Positions 29,055-37,669 of a stretch of 64,000 nucleotides of DNA are shown here, piece after piece. Source of the stretch: Vampirovibrio chlorellavorus (GTDB lineage Bacteria > Cyanobacteriota > Vampirovibrionia > Vampirovibrionales > Vampirovibrionaceae). Location: positions 34,763 through 98,762 of the forward strand of contig CAIPMU010000019.1 in assembly GCA_903866275.1 (NCBI GenBank). The letters are read 5' to 3'. Position 1 is the stretch's first letter. Every line of letters begins with the position of its first letter. The notes below the pieces were generated by a model that had not been told where the DNA came from, ran no database searches, and saw only the letters and a program-made list of their open reading frames with translations. Position numbers and translations under genes: made by a program.

Positions 29055-29441
29055 TTAGTTCTGGCTGGGATCTTCTTTCAGGTTGGTCAGAAATTCTTCC
29101 ACGTCAATGGCAGAGTCGCCATCTTCGTCTTCCAGGGTGTCGATAAAGGCCACGACCTTGTTGAACTCGTCTTCGTCCTCAATGGCCTCGAAGACTTCCT
29201 GCCCGTCCTCGTAGGAGATTTTCATAACCACGACTTCTTCCTCGTAGCCTTCCTCTTCAGACTTCTCGGCAGCTTCCTCGTCCACGCTGTTGCCCTTGTA
29301 GATGAGCAAGGCGTATTCCTGGCCTTCGATTTCCAGTTCGCTGATTTTTTCAAAGATATGAACCTGACCCTCTTCATCGGTGGTCTCGATGATGTCGGTT
29401 TCTTCAAAAATATCGTTCTCAAGGGGGCTATTATCGATCAT
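29055..29441 (-). CDS. DUF1292-family acidic protein.
   Basis: Acidic, with the DUF1292 pattern EEGQVHIFEKISELEIEGQEYALLIYK..EEVVVMKISYEDGQEVFEAIEDEDEFNKVVAFID. I took the ATG at 29441 (with AGGA upstream) rather than the listed TTG at 29504. Confidence 0.55.
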   Translation of the reverse strand: MIDNSPLENDIFEETDIIETTDEEGQVHIFEKISELEIEGQEYALLIYKGNSVDEEAAEKSEEEGYEEEVVVMKISYEDGQEVFEAIEDEDEFNKVVAFIDTLEDEDGDSAIDVEEFLTNLKEDPSQN

Positions 29442-29604
29442 GAGGGAGTCCTTGTCGGGGCAATGGTAAACATCAGGAAGTTTAGCACAAAAACCAGCGA
29501 TCAATGCCTTAACTGAGCAAGAATTCTGATAGAGACCTGCAGGCTCAGGCTAAGCCATCTGGCAGCATCAGGGGAAGTTTGTCCCAAAACGAGTCCGCTT
29601 CTGT

Positions 29605-30207
29605 CTAAAAACTAAACCACGAAGGGTCAAAGGTAGATGGCCCGCCAAACCAAGAGCCTGGCCGAACTAGCCCCCGCGTCGTTAAAAATCCATCATAATA
29701 CAAAATAAACTGTATCACTTTCAATGGACCATCTGCGGTTGAGAGGGTGTTATTCTGATAATCCGGGTCGAACCGGAACGCAATAATCCCGCCTAAAGGG
29801 ACTGTAGAGCTTGTAAAAGTGGTATTATCCGCAAACCATAGAACTCCACCATTATGGAGAATGATACAAGGACTCGTTGAATTACACGTTGAAAAACTTA
29901 ATGTCGGTGTATTATCAATCACAGTGCCAGAAGTATCGTACTTTACATAATTCATATACGGCGTTAAATCTGAAGGTTTCGTATTGCCCGTAATAATGCC
30001 ATCCATTTGCGCTTTTTGAAACGCACTCGTAATCATTGCAGCGACTTCTTTGGCCTTTGATAAATTTTGCTGATTTTGAAAACCCACCATAATTTTGGGA
30101 ATCACAAACGTGGCAATCACGCCAATAATGGCCAAACAAATCAGCAATTCGGCCAGCGTAAAGCCCTTACGGAGTTTCAGCCATTTCGGGGTGGGGGCTA
30201 CATTCAT
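29605..30207 (-). CDS. Prepilin-type N-terminal cleavage/methylation-domain protein (type IV pilin / pseudopilin-like), 200 aa.
   Basis: Class III signal MNVAPTPKWLKLRKG|FTLAELLICLAIIGVIATFVIPKI: cleavage after Gly, Glu at +5, then a hydrophobic helix. Confidence 0.75.
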   Translation of the reverse strand: MNVAPTPKWLKLRKGFTLAELLICLAIIGVIATFVIPKIMVGFQNQQNLSKAKEVAAMITSAFQKAQMDGIITGNTKPSDLTPYMNYVKYDTSGTVIDNTPTLSFSTCNSTSPCIILHNGGVLWFADNTTFTSSTVPLGGIIAFRFDPDYQNNTLSTADGPLKVIQFILYYDGFLTTRGLVRPGSWFGGPSTFDPSWFSF

Positions 30208-30351
30208 GGAGAATTCGACCTCTGACTAAACTGTCACCGTTCTATTATCGAGCATTTTTCAGGAAACTTTAATTTTTTTAAAAAACACAGCAAGCAGAAG
30301 CGTTGTCACCGACAAGCTTCCTGAACGCTCCAGATAGAAAGCCTCATCGCT

Positions 30352-32388
30352 TTAACTGGGGGGCATGCTCCCGAGCGATAGCTGGGTTTGGCTTTCCATC
30401 TGAGGCGAAGCCAATGCAGCTACTTGAATTTCCGGTGCTTCTGAGAACAGCCAGTTCGGGACATCCACCAGCCGATACACGGTTTGCACGCTGGGCAAAC
30501 TGCGCTGAATGATTCGCCCGTAGCCCTTTTGCCGAATGCGGGGGTCTAGAATCGTGACCAGCCCTTTATCGTTCCCGGTGCGAATCAGGCGCCCAAAACC
30601 CTGCTTGAGTTTGATAATGGCTTGCGGCAGGACATAGGCACCAAACCAGTCATCGCCGCGCGCCTTAATATAATCCACCACGGCCTGATTCACCGGGTCG
30701 CCGGGCGGGGAAAAGGGAATCTTGTCCATGATCACGCAACTCAGCGCCTCACCGGGAACATCAATGCCCTCCCAGAACGTTGCGGTGGCAAAAATAACGC
30801 TATTGGGCGTGGTCTTAAACCATTCAATCAGGCGATTCCGGGGCATGTCGCCCTGAACCTTGCAGGGGAAGGGCAAGCGCTGAATCAGGGCGTGACTCAC
30901 ACGGTGCATGGCCGAATTGCTGGTAAACAGCACAAAGGCCCGCCCTTGCGACAGCGTCAGAATCTGCTCAATTTCATCGACAATTGCCAGGTTGAATTCA
31001 AAACTGTTGGGATCTGGCAGGTTATCCGGCAGGTATAACACGCACTGGTCTTCATACCGAAACGGGCTGGGCAGCAGGAGATCGCTGGCTTCATCACCGA
31101 TGCCCAGGTCCTTTCGCGTAAAGTTCAGGTTGTTATTGACTGAAAGGGTCGCACTGGTCAAAATAGCCGCTTTTTGCTGCCATAACTGCAAACCCATCAT
31201 TTCCGCGATATTCAGCGGGGTGGATTTTAACTCGTAGTACAGGCGCTCGCGATCCACTTCCACCCAATTCACCCGCTGCTTGGAAAACGGATCTTCTTCC
31301 AGAAAAAATTCCCAACGCGCAATTAAACCGTGCAATTGCTGTACCAGTTTTTCGCGTTGCACACGGGCCTTGTCCAAATCCAGATCGGACTCAATAATAT
31401 CAGGCCGCAACACCGATAACTGCTTCACATCCATCCCCGTGAGCCATAGCTCCAGATCCTTGAGCACCTGAATGTGCTTGTTCACCACATATAAAAACAA
31501 GTCATCGGCATACAGCCTATAAACGGCCTGCTCCGAGCGGAACAGCCACTCAAAGATAGCCGCCTCGGAATCGGCCACCAGATGATGAAAATGCTCGGGC
31601 AAGGGCTGCAGCCGCCGGTGGATTTTTTGCAGGAGCTTTTGCGTGGCGAACTTACCAATCCGCACCGTAAAAGCGTTCAGCGCCCACTGCTTGAGCTGGT
31701 GGGCCTCATCGAACACCACCACATCATGTGGGGGCAGCAAGCTTTGCGCCGCCGATAAATCCTGCAGGTACAGCGCATGATTGGCCACGATAATGTCGGC
31801 CTGATCCAGATCCTCACGGGCCTTGCGATAGGGATTCCGGTCGTAGAAGCGGCACTTGCGGCCCAGACAGTCTTCCGTGTCGGAACGCACCTCTTTCCAC
31901 AACTCATTGGGAATGGCAAATTCCAGATTGGCCAAATCACCATCCCAGCCCCGCTGCAGCTCGGCCTTGAGGTATTGAATGTGCAACATTTCGCTGGAGT
32001 TGGGGCGAATTTGCCCCTCCACCTCGGTCAGTTTTTGAATGCACAGGTAATTGTTGCGCCCCTTCACCAGTTTGACGGTGACATCCTCCAGCGCCGCGGC
32101 CTGAATGAGAAAGGGGATGTCTTTCTCCAGCAGCTGCTCCTGTAGCGCAATGGTCGCAGTGGAGACAATCACCGGCTTTTTCTTGCCGTCAATATCCCGA
32201 TTCCGTTGAAACAGGGCGGGAATGAGATAACCAAAAGACTTCCCGGAACCCGTCCCCGCTTCGATGACCAGCGTTTTACGCTCCGCCATGCTGTCCGCCA
32301 CTCTGGAAACCATCATTTCCTGAGCTTCCCGCCGTTCGTAGCGGTTAAACTGGCGCAAAATGTCGTGATACTTCTCCAGAATATTCAT
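30352..32388 (-). CDS. dinG: ATP-dependent DNA helicase, DinG/Rad3 family (DEAD_2 and Helicase_C_2 domains).
   Basis: Walker A VIEAGTGSGKSFGYLIPAL; DEAH-like VVFDEAHQL; C-terminal helicase motifs ATATFWEGIDVPG and QGFGRLIR. Confidence 0.85.
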   Translation of the reverse strand: MNILEKYHDILRQFNRYERREAQEMMVSRVADSMAERKTLVIEAGTGSGKSFGYLIPALFQRNRDIDGKKKPVIVSTATIALQEQLLEKDIPFLIQAAALEDVTVKLVKGRNNYLCIQKLTEVEGQIRPNSSEMLHIQYLKAELQRGWDGDLANLEFAIPNELWKEVRSDTEDCLGRKCRFYDRNPYRKAREDLDQADIIVANHALYLQDLSAAQSLLPPHDVVVFDEAHQLKQWALNAFTVRIGKFATQKLLQKIHRRLQPLPEHFHHLVADSEAAIFEWLFRSEQAVYRLYADDLFLYVVNKHIQVLKDLELWLTGMDVKQLSVLRPDIIESDLDLDKARVQREKLVQQLHGLIARWEFFLEEDPFSKQRVNWVEVDRERLYYELKSTPLNIAEMMGLQLWQQKAAILTSATLSVNNNLNFTRKDLGIGDEASDLLLPSPFRYEDQCVLYLPDNLPDPNSFEFNLAIVDEIEQILTLSQGRAFVLFTSNSAMHRVSHALIQRLPFPCKVQGDMPRNRLIEWFKTTPNSVIFATATFWEGIDVPGEALSCVIMDKIPFSPPGDPVNQAVVDYIKARGDDWFGAYVLPQAIIKLKQGFGRLIRTGNDKGLVTILDPRIRQKGYGRIIQRSLPSVQTVYRLVDVPNWLFSEAPEIQVAALASPQMESQTQLSLGSMPPS

Positions 32389-32733
32389 GGGGTGGCGGGT
32401 TCTCTGACTCTGGCTGATGCTCTGGCTCTCTGGGGCGGGACGGACGGATGGACGCTGTGGTCAGGTTTTCAAAATAAAAACAAACTCGAAAAAATATTCG
32501 CTGTCAGTAAGATAGCACTTTTGCCCGTCCTTGTCTGCATGAAATGCCGTTCTGTAAAGCGCTACTTCTGGCGCGTCAGTGAATCGCCCGATTGGCGTGG
32601 GCAAACCTCCTGTACCTGGATGAGTCACCCTTGTCTTTCCTTCCACCCGATGCGAAGAAAGGCTAGAATAATAAAAGCCCTCAGGTGCGGTGGTTGGCAC
32701 CGGGGCAAGTGGGAGCGGAGCGGCAAAGCGGGC

Positions 32734-33744
32734 ATGATTCGAGCGCAGCGGATTACCTCAGACAATGTGGCGCAGATGCAAGGCATCTATCAGCGTTTTT
32801 CTCAGCGTGCAATTCCCGACTATCGCTGGTCGCTGGAACCGGTGCCCTTTGAGGATTTCAAAATAGCCATCGCTCAAGGGCATTTGGGAGGGTATTTTGT
32901 GGAAGACACCTCGGTGGAGGACACCGTGGGCTTTCTGCTGTATTGCCTCGAAGCGCATCGGGCCATTGAGATCAACGTCATTTATTCCGAACTCGACGAT
33001 CAAAAAGCCATTCTGGACAAGCTGATAGTGCCTTTCATCCAGGATGTCCGCCAGATCGATGGCTGGGACGTGATTAGCTATCCCATGCTGGGCGAGCAGG
33101 AATGGTTTATTCGCAGCATCAACTGGTATGGCTTCAAGCCGGTGGGGCAAGCCATTGTGGAGTTTGACTTCATGGATTCCATCAGCCTGCAGATTATGCA
33201 ACAGCAACAGTTACCCCCGCTGGACAATGGCATAACCCTGACGCCGTGGCATCCCCAGTATGCCGGGGGAACCGTGCAAAGTATTTTTGAGGCCTTCTCC
33301 AAAACGACGGACGCATTCTGGGACCCCCGCTTTCGCTCCCTGCAAGGGGCGAGAGAAGTGGTGCACTTTATCACCTCGGGTGCGATGGGTACGTTGCACC
33401 CGGAATGCAGCACGATTGCCCTGCAGGACGGGGTGCCAGTGGGCTTTTGCTTTCTGGTCCAATCCGATGCCATGACCGCCAATATCCCCCTGATTGGCTT
33501 GCGCCCGACCCTGAAACATAAAGGGTTGGGTTTGCATTTGCTGCAACTCACGCTCATCAAGGCCATTCAAGCAATGGTGAATGGAGAGGCTACCATTTTT
33601 AAAATTACCGCAACGCTGGATACCGATAACATTCCAGCGATTAAAATGTACCGCCGTCTGGGTTTCCGGGAAACCTACAATTATCCCCACGTCTATCTGA
33701 CCCGCGAAAAAGCAATGGCGTTTCAGGTGGGCAAGTGGTGCTAA
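32734..33744 (+). CDS. GNAT-family N-acetyltransferase, probably a tandem (double) GNAT fold.
   Basis: C-terminal motif A LRPTLKHKGLGLHLLQLTLIKA and motif B IKMYRRLGFRE. The N-terminal half (MIRAQRITSDNVAQM..GFLLYCLEAHRAIEINVIY) also looks GNAT-like. The listed ORF (32206) overlaps dinG; I took ATG 32734, and earlier ATGs at 32539 and 32620 are possible. Confidence 0.55.
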   Translation: MIRAQRITSDNVAQMQGIYQRFSQRAIPDYRWSLEPVPFEDFKIAIAQGHLGGYFVEDTSVEDTVGFLLYCLEAHRAIEINVIYSELDDQKAILDKLIVPFIQDVRQIDGWDVISYPMLGEQEWFIRSINWYGFKPVGQAIVEFDFMDSISLQIMQQQQLPPLDNGITLTPWHPQYAGGTVQSIFEAFSKTTDAFWDPRFRSLQGAREVVHFITSGAMGTLHPECSTIALQDGVPVGFCFLVQSDAMTANIPLIGLRPTLKHKGLGLHLLQLTLIKAIQAMVNGEATIFKITATLDTDNIPAIKMYRRLGFRETYNYPHVYLTREKAMAFQVGKWC

Positions 33745-33759
33745 AAATTCTAAAAAAAC

Positions 33760-34998
33760 ATGCTGGAAAGGCTGACCATGTCTAAATTTGAAGATTTAAC
33801 GCTCAAGGTGAAAATTAATTCCGAAACCTACATGAAATTTGACGGTACGGATCACCTGATGATTAAAAATATTCATTCCAGTGAAGGCATGAGTCTGAAA
33901 TACGACATTATGCTCATCCTGTATGAATTAATTGACTGGAAGAGTGTCGGCGACTTAATTGAACCCTGGCCTGAATGTGATCAGAAAAAAATCATTGATT
34001 ATCTGGCATCGCTGGAATCCCAGCACATTATTATCAGTTCCGATCGACCGGAAGCGGCTGTGCCGGAAAGCGGACTTTCAGCGCATTTGGGTAAAAATAT
34101 TCACATCAACGTGGAAAATCATCATTACATGCTGCGGGATTATGTGCGGCTGGCTGCCTACCGTCGCGCCATTGAACGTGCGGTCAAACCCGACACCATT
34201 GCGCTGGATCTGGGGTGTGGCTCGGGGATCTTATCCTTTTTTGCCGCGCGAGCCGGAGCCAAAAAAGTGTTCGCCATTGAACGTCGCCCGGATATTATTC
34301 TGCTGGCCAGCGAACTGGCCAAGGTCAATGGCCTGAAGGATCAAATCGAATTTGTGGAAGGGGCTTCCAGTCACATTGAAGAAGCCCGTATCACGCCCAA
34401 GGCAGATATGCTGGTGTCCGAGATTTTAGGCAACGGCATTCTGGAAGAAAACGTGCTGGAATTCACACTGGATGCCCGCCGTCGTTTCCTGAAACCGGGC
34501 GGTCAGCTCATCCCTTATGGTCTGGACATCTGCTTTTTTGCCTTTGATTCCGGGGTAAACCAGAACCGGATGGATGAGGTAAGAGAGATCAACGACCTGT
34601 ATGGTTTTGATTTTTCACTGCTAGGTGAAGTGATGGGTCGCAAGGCCACCACTCGCCTGGAGCGTTATAACGCCATGCTTCAAAAAGCCATGAGCGATCC
34701 CCGCACGGTGAAGTCACTGGATTTCCGCACGCTGGAAGAGGCCTTTTTCGTGGATCGTTTTGAGCTGGTAGCCAAGCACGACGGCCGAATTGACAGCTTC
34801 TGCGGGTATTTCAAAGCTCATCTGGATGAAGACACCCAGCTCACCAACTCGCCCTGGGCCCCGTCAACCCACTGGACACACCTCATTTACACCCTGTCAG
34901 AAGCCATCTCGGTCAAAGCGGGCGACGTGATCCCAATGGAGGTCATCTATGACGGCTCGCTGCGGGTGCGTGTGGTACCACCAGAAGAGTTGACGTGA
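33760..34998 (+). CDS. Protein arginine N-methyltransferase (PRMT)-like class I SAM-dependent methyltransferase with a ~110-aa N-terminal accessory domain.
   Basis: Pre-motif I HHYMLRDYVRLAAYRRAIERAV; motif I IALDLGCGSGILSFFAARAGA; post-I KVFAIER; double-E loop VSEILGNGILEE; THW loop PSTHWTHLIY. Confidence 0.7.
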   Translation: MLERLTMSKFEDLTLKVKINSETYMKFDGTDHLMIKNIHSSEGMSLKYDIMLILYELIDWKSVGDLIEPWPECDQKKIIDYLASLESQHIIISSDRPEAAVPESGLSAHLGKNIHINVENHHYMLRDYVRLAAYRRAIERAVKPDTIALDLGCGSGILSFFAARAGAKKVFAIERRPDIILLASELAKVNGLKDQIEFVEGASSHIEEARITPKADMLVSEILGNGILEENVLEFTLDARRRFLKPGGQLIPYGLDICFFAFDSGVNQNRMDEVREINDLYGFDFSLLGEVMGRKATTRLERYNAMLQKAMSDPRTVKSLDFRTLEEAFFVDRFELVAKHDGRIDSFCGYFKAHLDEDTQLTNSPWAPSTHWTHLIYTLSEAISVKAGDVIPMEVIYDGSLRVRVVPPEELT

Positions 34999-35300
34999 AA
35001 AGAGCCAGCCTGATCACCGGTTTCTTCCTTGCTAATACACGGGACAGCTTGTCTCATTTCCGAACGGCATCGTGCATAATTTAGGTTGAAACTGCGTTTT
35101 CTTCTGGTTTTTTAGGGTGATTTTCTCTAAAATGATCATGATCAGGTTGTTCAATCGAGCGGGGCACAGGCAAGCAGGACCAACGGTCGGTTTGAGCCGA
35201 GTCTGGGAAGCCGCAGTCTGAATAGACTGCCCGCATAAGGCGCCGTCAGAGGGAGACCCTGAAATTTCATCCGGAATTCAGCCTGGAGGGAGAACGAACG

Positions 35301-36047
35301 ATGGCGGTTTCTAATACAGCGCCCGGCTCAGGGCAAAGCGCCCCGAAAAAAGGCTTTCACAAAGTGGTGTCCACGTATGAAGAAGCCCTGGCGGGTTTTT
35401 CATCCGGGATGACCATTATGGTTGGGGGCTTTGGCCTGTGCGGCATTCCGGAAGGCCTGATTCAGGCGGTTTACAACATGGGGGTAAACAATCTCACCTG
35501 TATTTCCAACAATGCGGGCGTGGATGGCTTTGGCTTGGGCCTTTGGCTGGAAAAGCGACAAATCAAGACCATGATCGCCTCGTATGTGGGTGAAAATGCC
35601 CTCTTTGAAGAACTTTTTCTCTCTGGTGAAATGGAAGTCATCCTCACCCCGCAGGGGACACTGGCCGAGAAAATCCGGGCCGGGGGCGCGGGGATTCCGG
35701 CTTTTTATACGCCCACCGGCTACGGCACCGTGGTGGCCGAAGGCAAGGACACCCGAGAGTTTGACGGGCACATGTACGTGCTGGAACCAGCGTTGAAGGC
35801 GGACTTCTCCCTGATTCGGGCCTACAAGGCGGACACGATGGGCAACCTGATCTATCGCAAGACAGCCATGAACTTTAACCCCATGATGGCGGCCGCTGGG
35901 AAGATCACCGTGGCCGAAGTCGAAGAGATCGTACCCGCTGGCGAACTCGACCCGGAGTTCATTCATACGCCCGGCATCTATGTGGATCGGGTGATTGTGG
36001 GCCAGTTTGAGAAACGGGTGGAACAGCGCACCATCAGCCCCGGCTAA
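35301..36047 (+). CDS. scoA: 3-Oxoacid CoA-transferase subunit A.
   Basis: [19 protein letters not shown] motif; 248 aa. Confidence 0.85.
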   Translation: MAVSNTAPGSGQSAPKKGFHKVVSTYEEALAGFSSGMTIMVGGFGLCGIPEGLIQAVYNMGVNNLTCISNNAGVDGFGLGLWLEKRQIKTMIASYVGENALFEELFLSGEMEVILTPQGTLAEKIRAGGAGIPAFYTPTGYGTVVAEGKDTREFDGHMYVLEPALKADFSLIRAYKADTMGNLIYRKTAMNFNPMMAAAGKITVAEVEEIVPAGELDPEFIHTPGIYVDRVIVGQFEKRVEQRTISPG

Positions 36048-36142
36048 TCTCACTGCCTGCCCCATCCCTTTCCGGGACACTGGCTTTTCCGCATTAACCA
36101 TCAGCATGCCGCTGGCATTAGAAGACAGACAAGAGGTCAATC

Positions 36143-36799
36143 ATGGCGCTTAGCAGAGATCAAATCGCCCAACGCATCGCCCAGGAGCTGAAAGACGGAT
36201 ACTATGTCAATCTGGGCATCGGGATTCCCACATTGGTAGCCAACCACATTCCCACGGATATTGAAGTTCTGTTTCAGTCCGAGAACGGACTACTGGGCAT
36301 GGGGCCTTTTCCGACCGAGGCTGAACTGGATCCGGATCTGATCAACGCCGGCAAGCAGACCGTTACGGCTGTGACGGGTGCCTGTTTTTTCTCTTCCGCT
36401 GAGAGTTTCGCCATGATACGCGGCGGCCATGTCGATCTCACTGTGCTGGGCGCATTTGAAGTCGATGAAGCGGGCAATATCGCCTCCTGGATGGTGCCCG
36501 GCAAGCTGGTAAAAGGCATGGGCGGCGCGATGGATCTGGTGGCCTCGGCGGAAAACATCATCGTGGCGATGGCGCATGCCAACAAGGCGGGCGAATCCAA
36601 AATTCTCAAGCGCTGCACCCTTCCCCTGACCGGGGTCCATTGCGTGAAAACCGTGGTCACGGATCTGGCGGTGCTAGAGCTGCGGCAGGGAAGGTTTCAC
36701 CTTTTGGAACGCGCCCCTGGCGTCTCGGTGGAAGAGATTGTACGACTGACCGAGGCCGAACTGGTGATTGACGGGGACATTCCAGAGATGGTGTTTTAG
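36143..36799 (+). CDS. scoB: 3-Oxoacid CoA-transferase subunit B.
   Basis: SENGLLGMGPFP with the catalytic Glu region; 218 aa; directly downstream of subunit A. Confidence 0.85.
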   Translation: MALSRDQIAQRIAQELKDGYYVNLGIGIPTLVANHIPTDIEVLFQSENGLLGMGPFPTEAELDPDLINAGKQTVTAVTGACFFSSAESFAMIRGGHVDLTVLGAFEVDEAGNIASWMVPGKLVKGMGGAMDLVASAENIIVAMAHANKAGESKILKRCTLPLTGVHCVKTVVTDLAVLELRQGRFHLLERAPGVSVEEIVRLTEAELVIDGDIPEMVF

Positions 36800-37003
36800 G
36801 GACGATATGCCCAAAACCCAAGCTCAGCCTACATGCCGCAAGAAAAATTAATGAAAATCTGGCAGAAAGTCATTGATTTTTGGGCACGATCTTCACTATA
36901 CTAGTTTTCAGGCTCGGTCGATTGAGGCTTTTGACCCCTGTTTCCGTTCAAACACGGTAAACATGGACATTCTCAGTAGCCTTCCTAAACTAAGCCTAAC
37001 CTG

Positions 37004-37028
37004 ATGATAGTCACAGTCCGACTATCAT
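37004..37028 (+). promoter_or_regulatory. Perfect 9-bp inverted repeat with a 7-bp spacer, ~55 bp upstream of the BlaI/CopY-family gene; a candidate autoregulatory operator.
   Basis: ATGATAGTC-acagtcc-GACTATCAT. Confidence 0.35.
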
Positions 37029-37080
37029 TGAGAGCGCAAGTTGATCAAAAGACATGGATGTTCGGAGGTAGATTGAAGGG

Positions 37081-37488
37081 ATGGATTTAAAACAGGGTGA
37101 TCTGGAAAATATTATTCTCAACGCGCTCTGGGATTTAGAGGGTGACGGTAATGAGCGGATCTTCGTGGGTGACATCCAGGAGAAGATTAAATCCGCCAAA
37201 AAGAAATGGGCCTACACCACCGTAAAAACCGTGCTGGACCGTCTGGTGGATAAAGAAATCGCCATCCGCGAAAAAGACGGCAAAAAGTACCTGTATCGTT
37301 CCGTGGTGAACCGGGATGAGGCAGGCATTATTGCCTTGAAAAAAGTCGTGCGTCAATATTTTAAAAATGACGTGAACGATCTGGTCGATTGCCTGAACCG
37401 CCTGCAAACCCCGTCCAAGTTGATTGCGGAACGCAAAACCGCCAATCAGCAACAAACGGAAATTTTACAGGAATTAGCGAATTTTTAA
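37081..37488 (+). CDS. BlaI/MecI/CopY-family (penicillinase repressor) winged-helix transcriptional repressor.
   Basis: LENIILNALWDLEGDGNERIFVGDIQEKI..KKWAYTTVKTVLDRLVDKEIAIREKDGKKYLYRSVVNRDEA matches the family pattern. Confidence 0.7.
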   Translation: MDLKQGDLENIILNALWDLEGDGNERIFVGDIQEKIKSAKKKWAYTTVKTVLDRLVDKEIAIREKDGKKYLYRSVVNRDEAGIIALKKVVRQYFKNDVNDLVDCLNRLQTPSKLIAERKTANQQQTEILQELANF

Positions 37489-37669
37489 TCAATTCAAGCG
37501 AACAGGTTTTCCCAAATCCTGAATTTTCATTCAATAATAGAGTGACTTCAGCCTAATATGTTTGCTAATTTGCATGTTTTCAGCACTCAAAATCATGGAC
37601 AAAAAAAGGTTGCTGACAACTTCAAGCATGGATTTATTGTTGCCTCAAATTAATTACTAAAAATCAGGC

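Noticed and set aside
29045-29066. 9-bp-stem hairpin (AGCCAGAAC-ctta-GTTCTGGCT) overlapping the DUF1292 stop codon.
   Set aside because: No U-tract follows on either strand, so it is not a convincing intrinsic terminator. It is possibly an mRNA-stability element at most.
35132-35221. 29-codon Arg-containing ORF (MIMIRLFNRAGHRQAGPTVGLSRVWEAAV) in the 300-bp spacer downstream of the PRMT-like gene, considered as a possible substrate peptide.
   Set aside because: No Shine-Dalgarno sequence, tandem ATGs in an AT-rich run and no conservation evidence. Small ORFs of this size are expected by chance. It would be worth revisiting only if the GNAT-PRMT pair proves to be a peptide-modification system.
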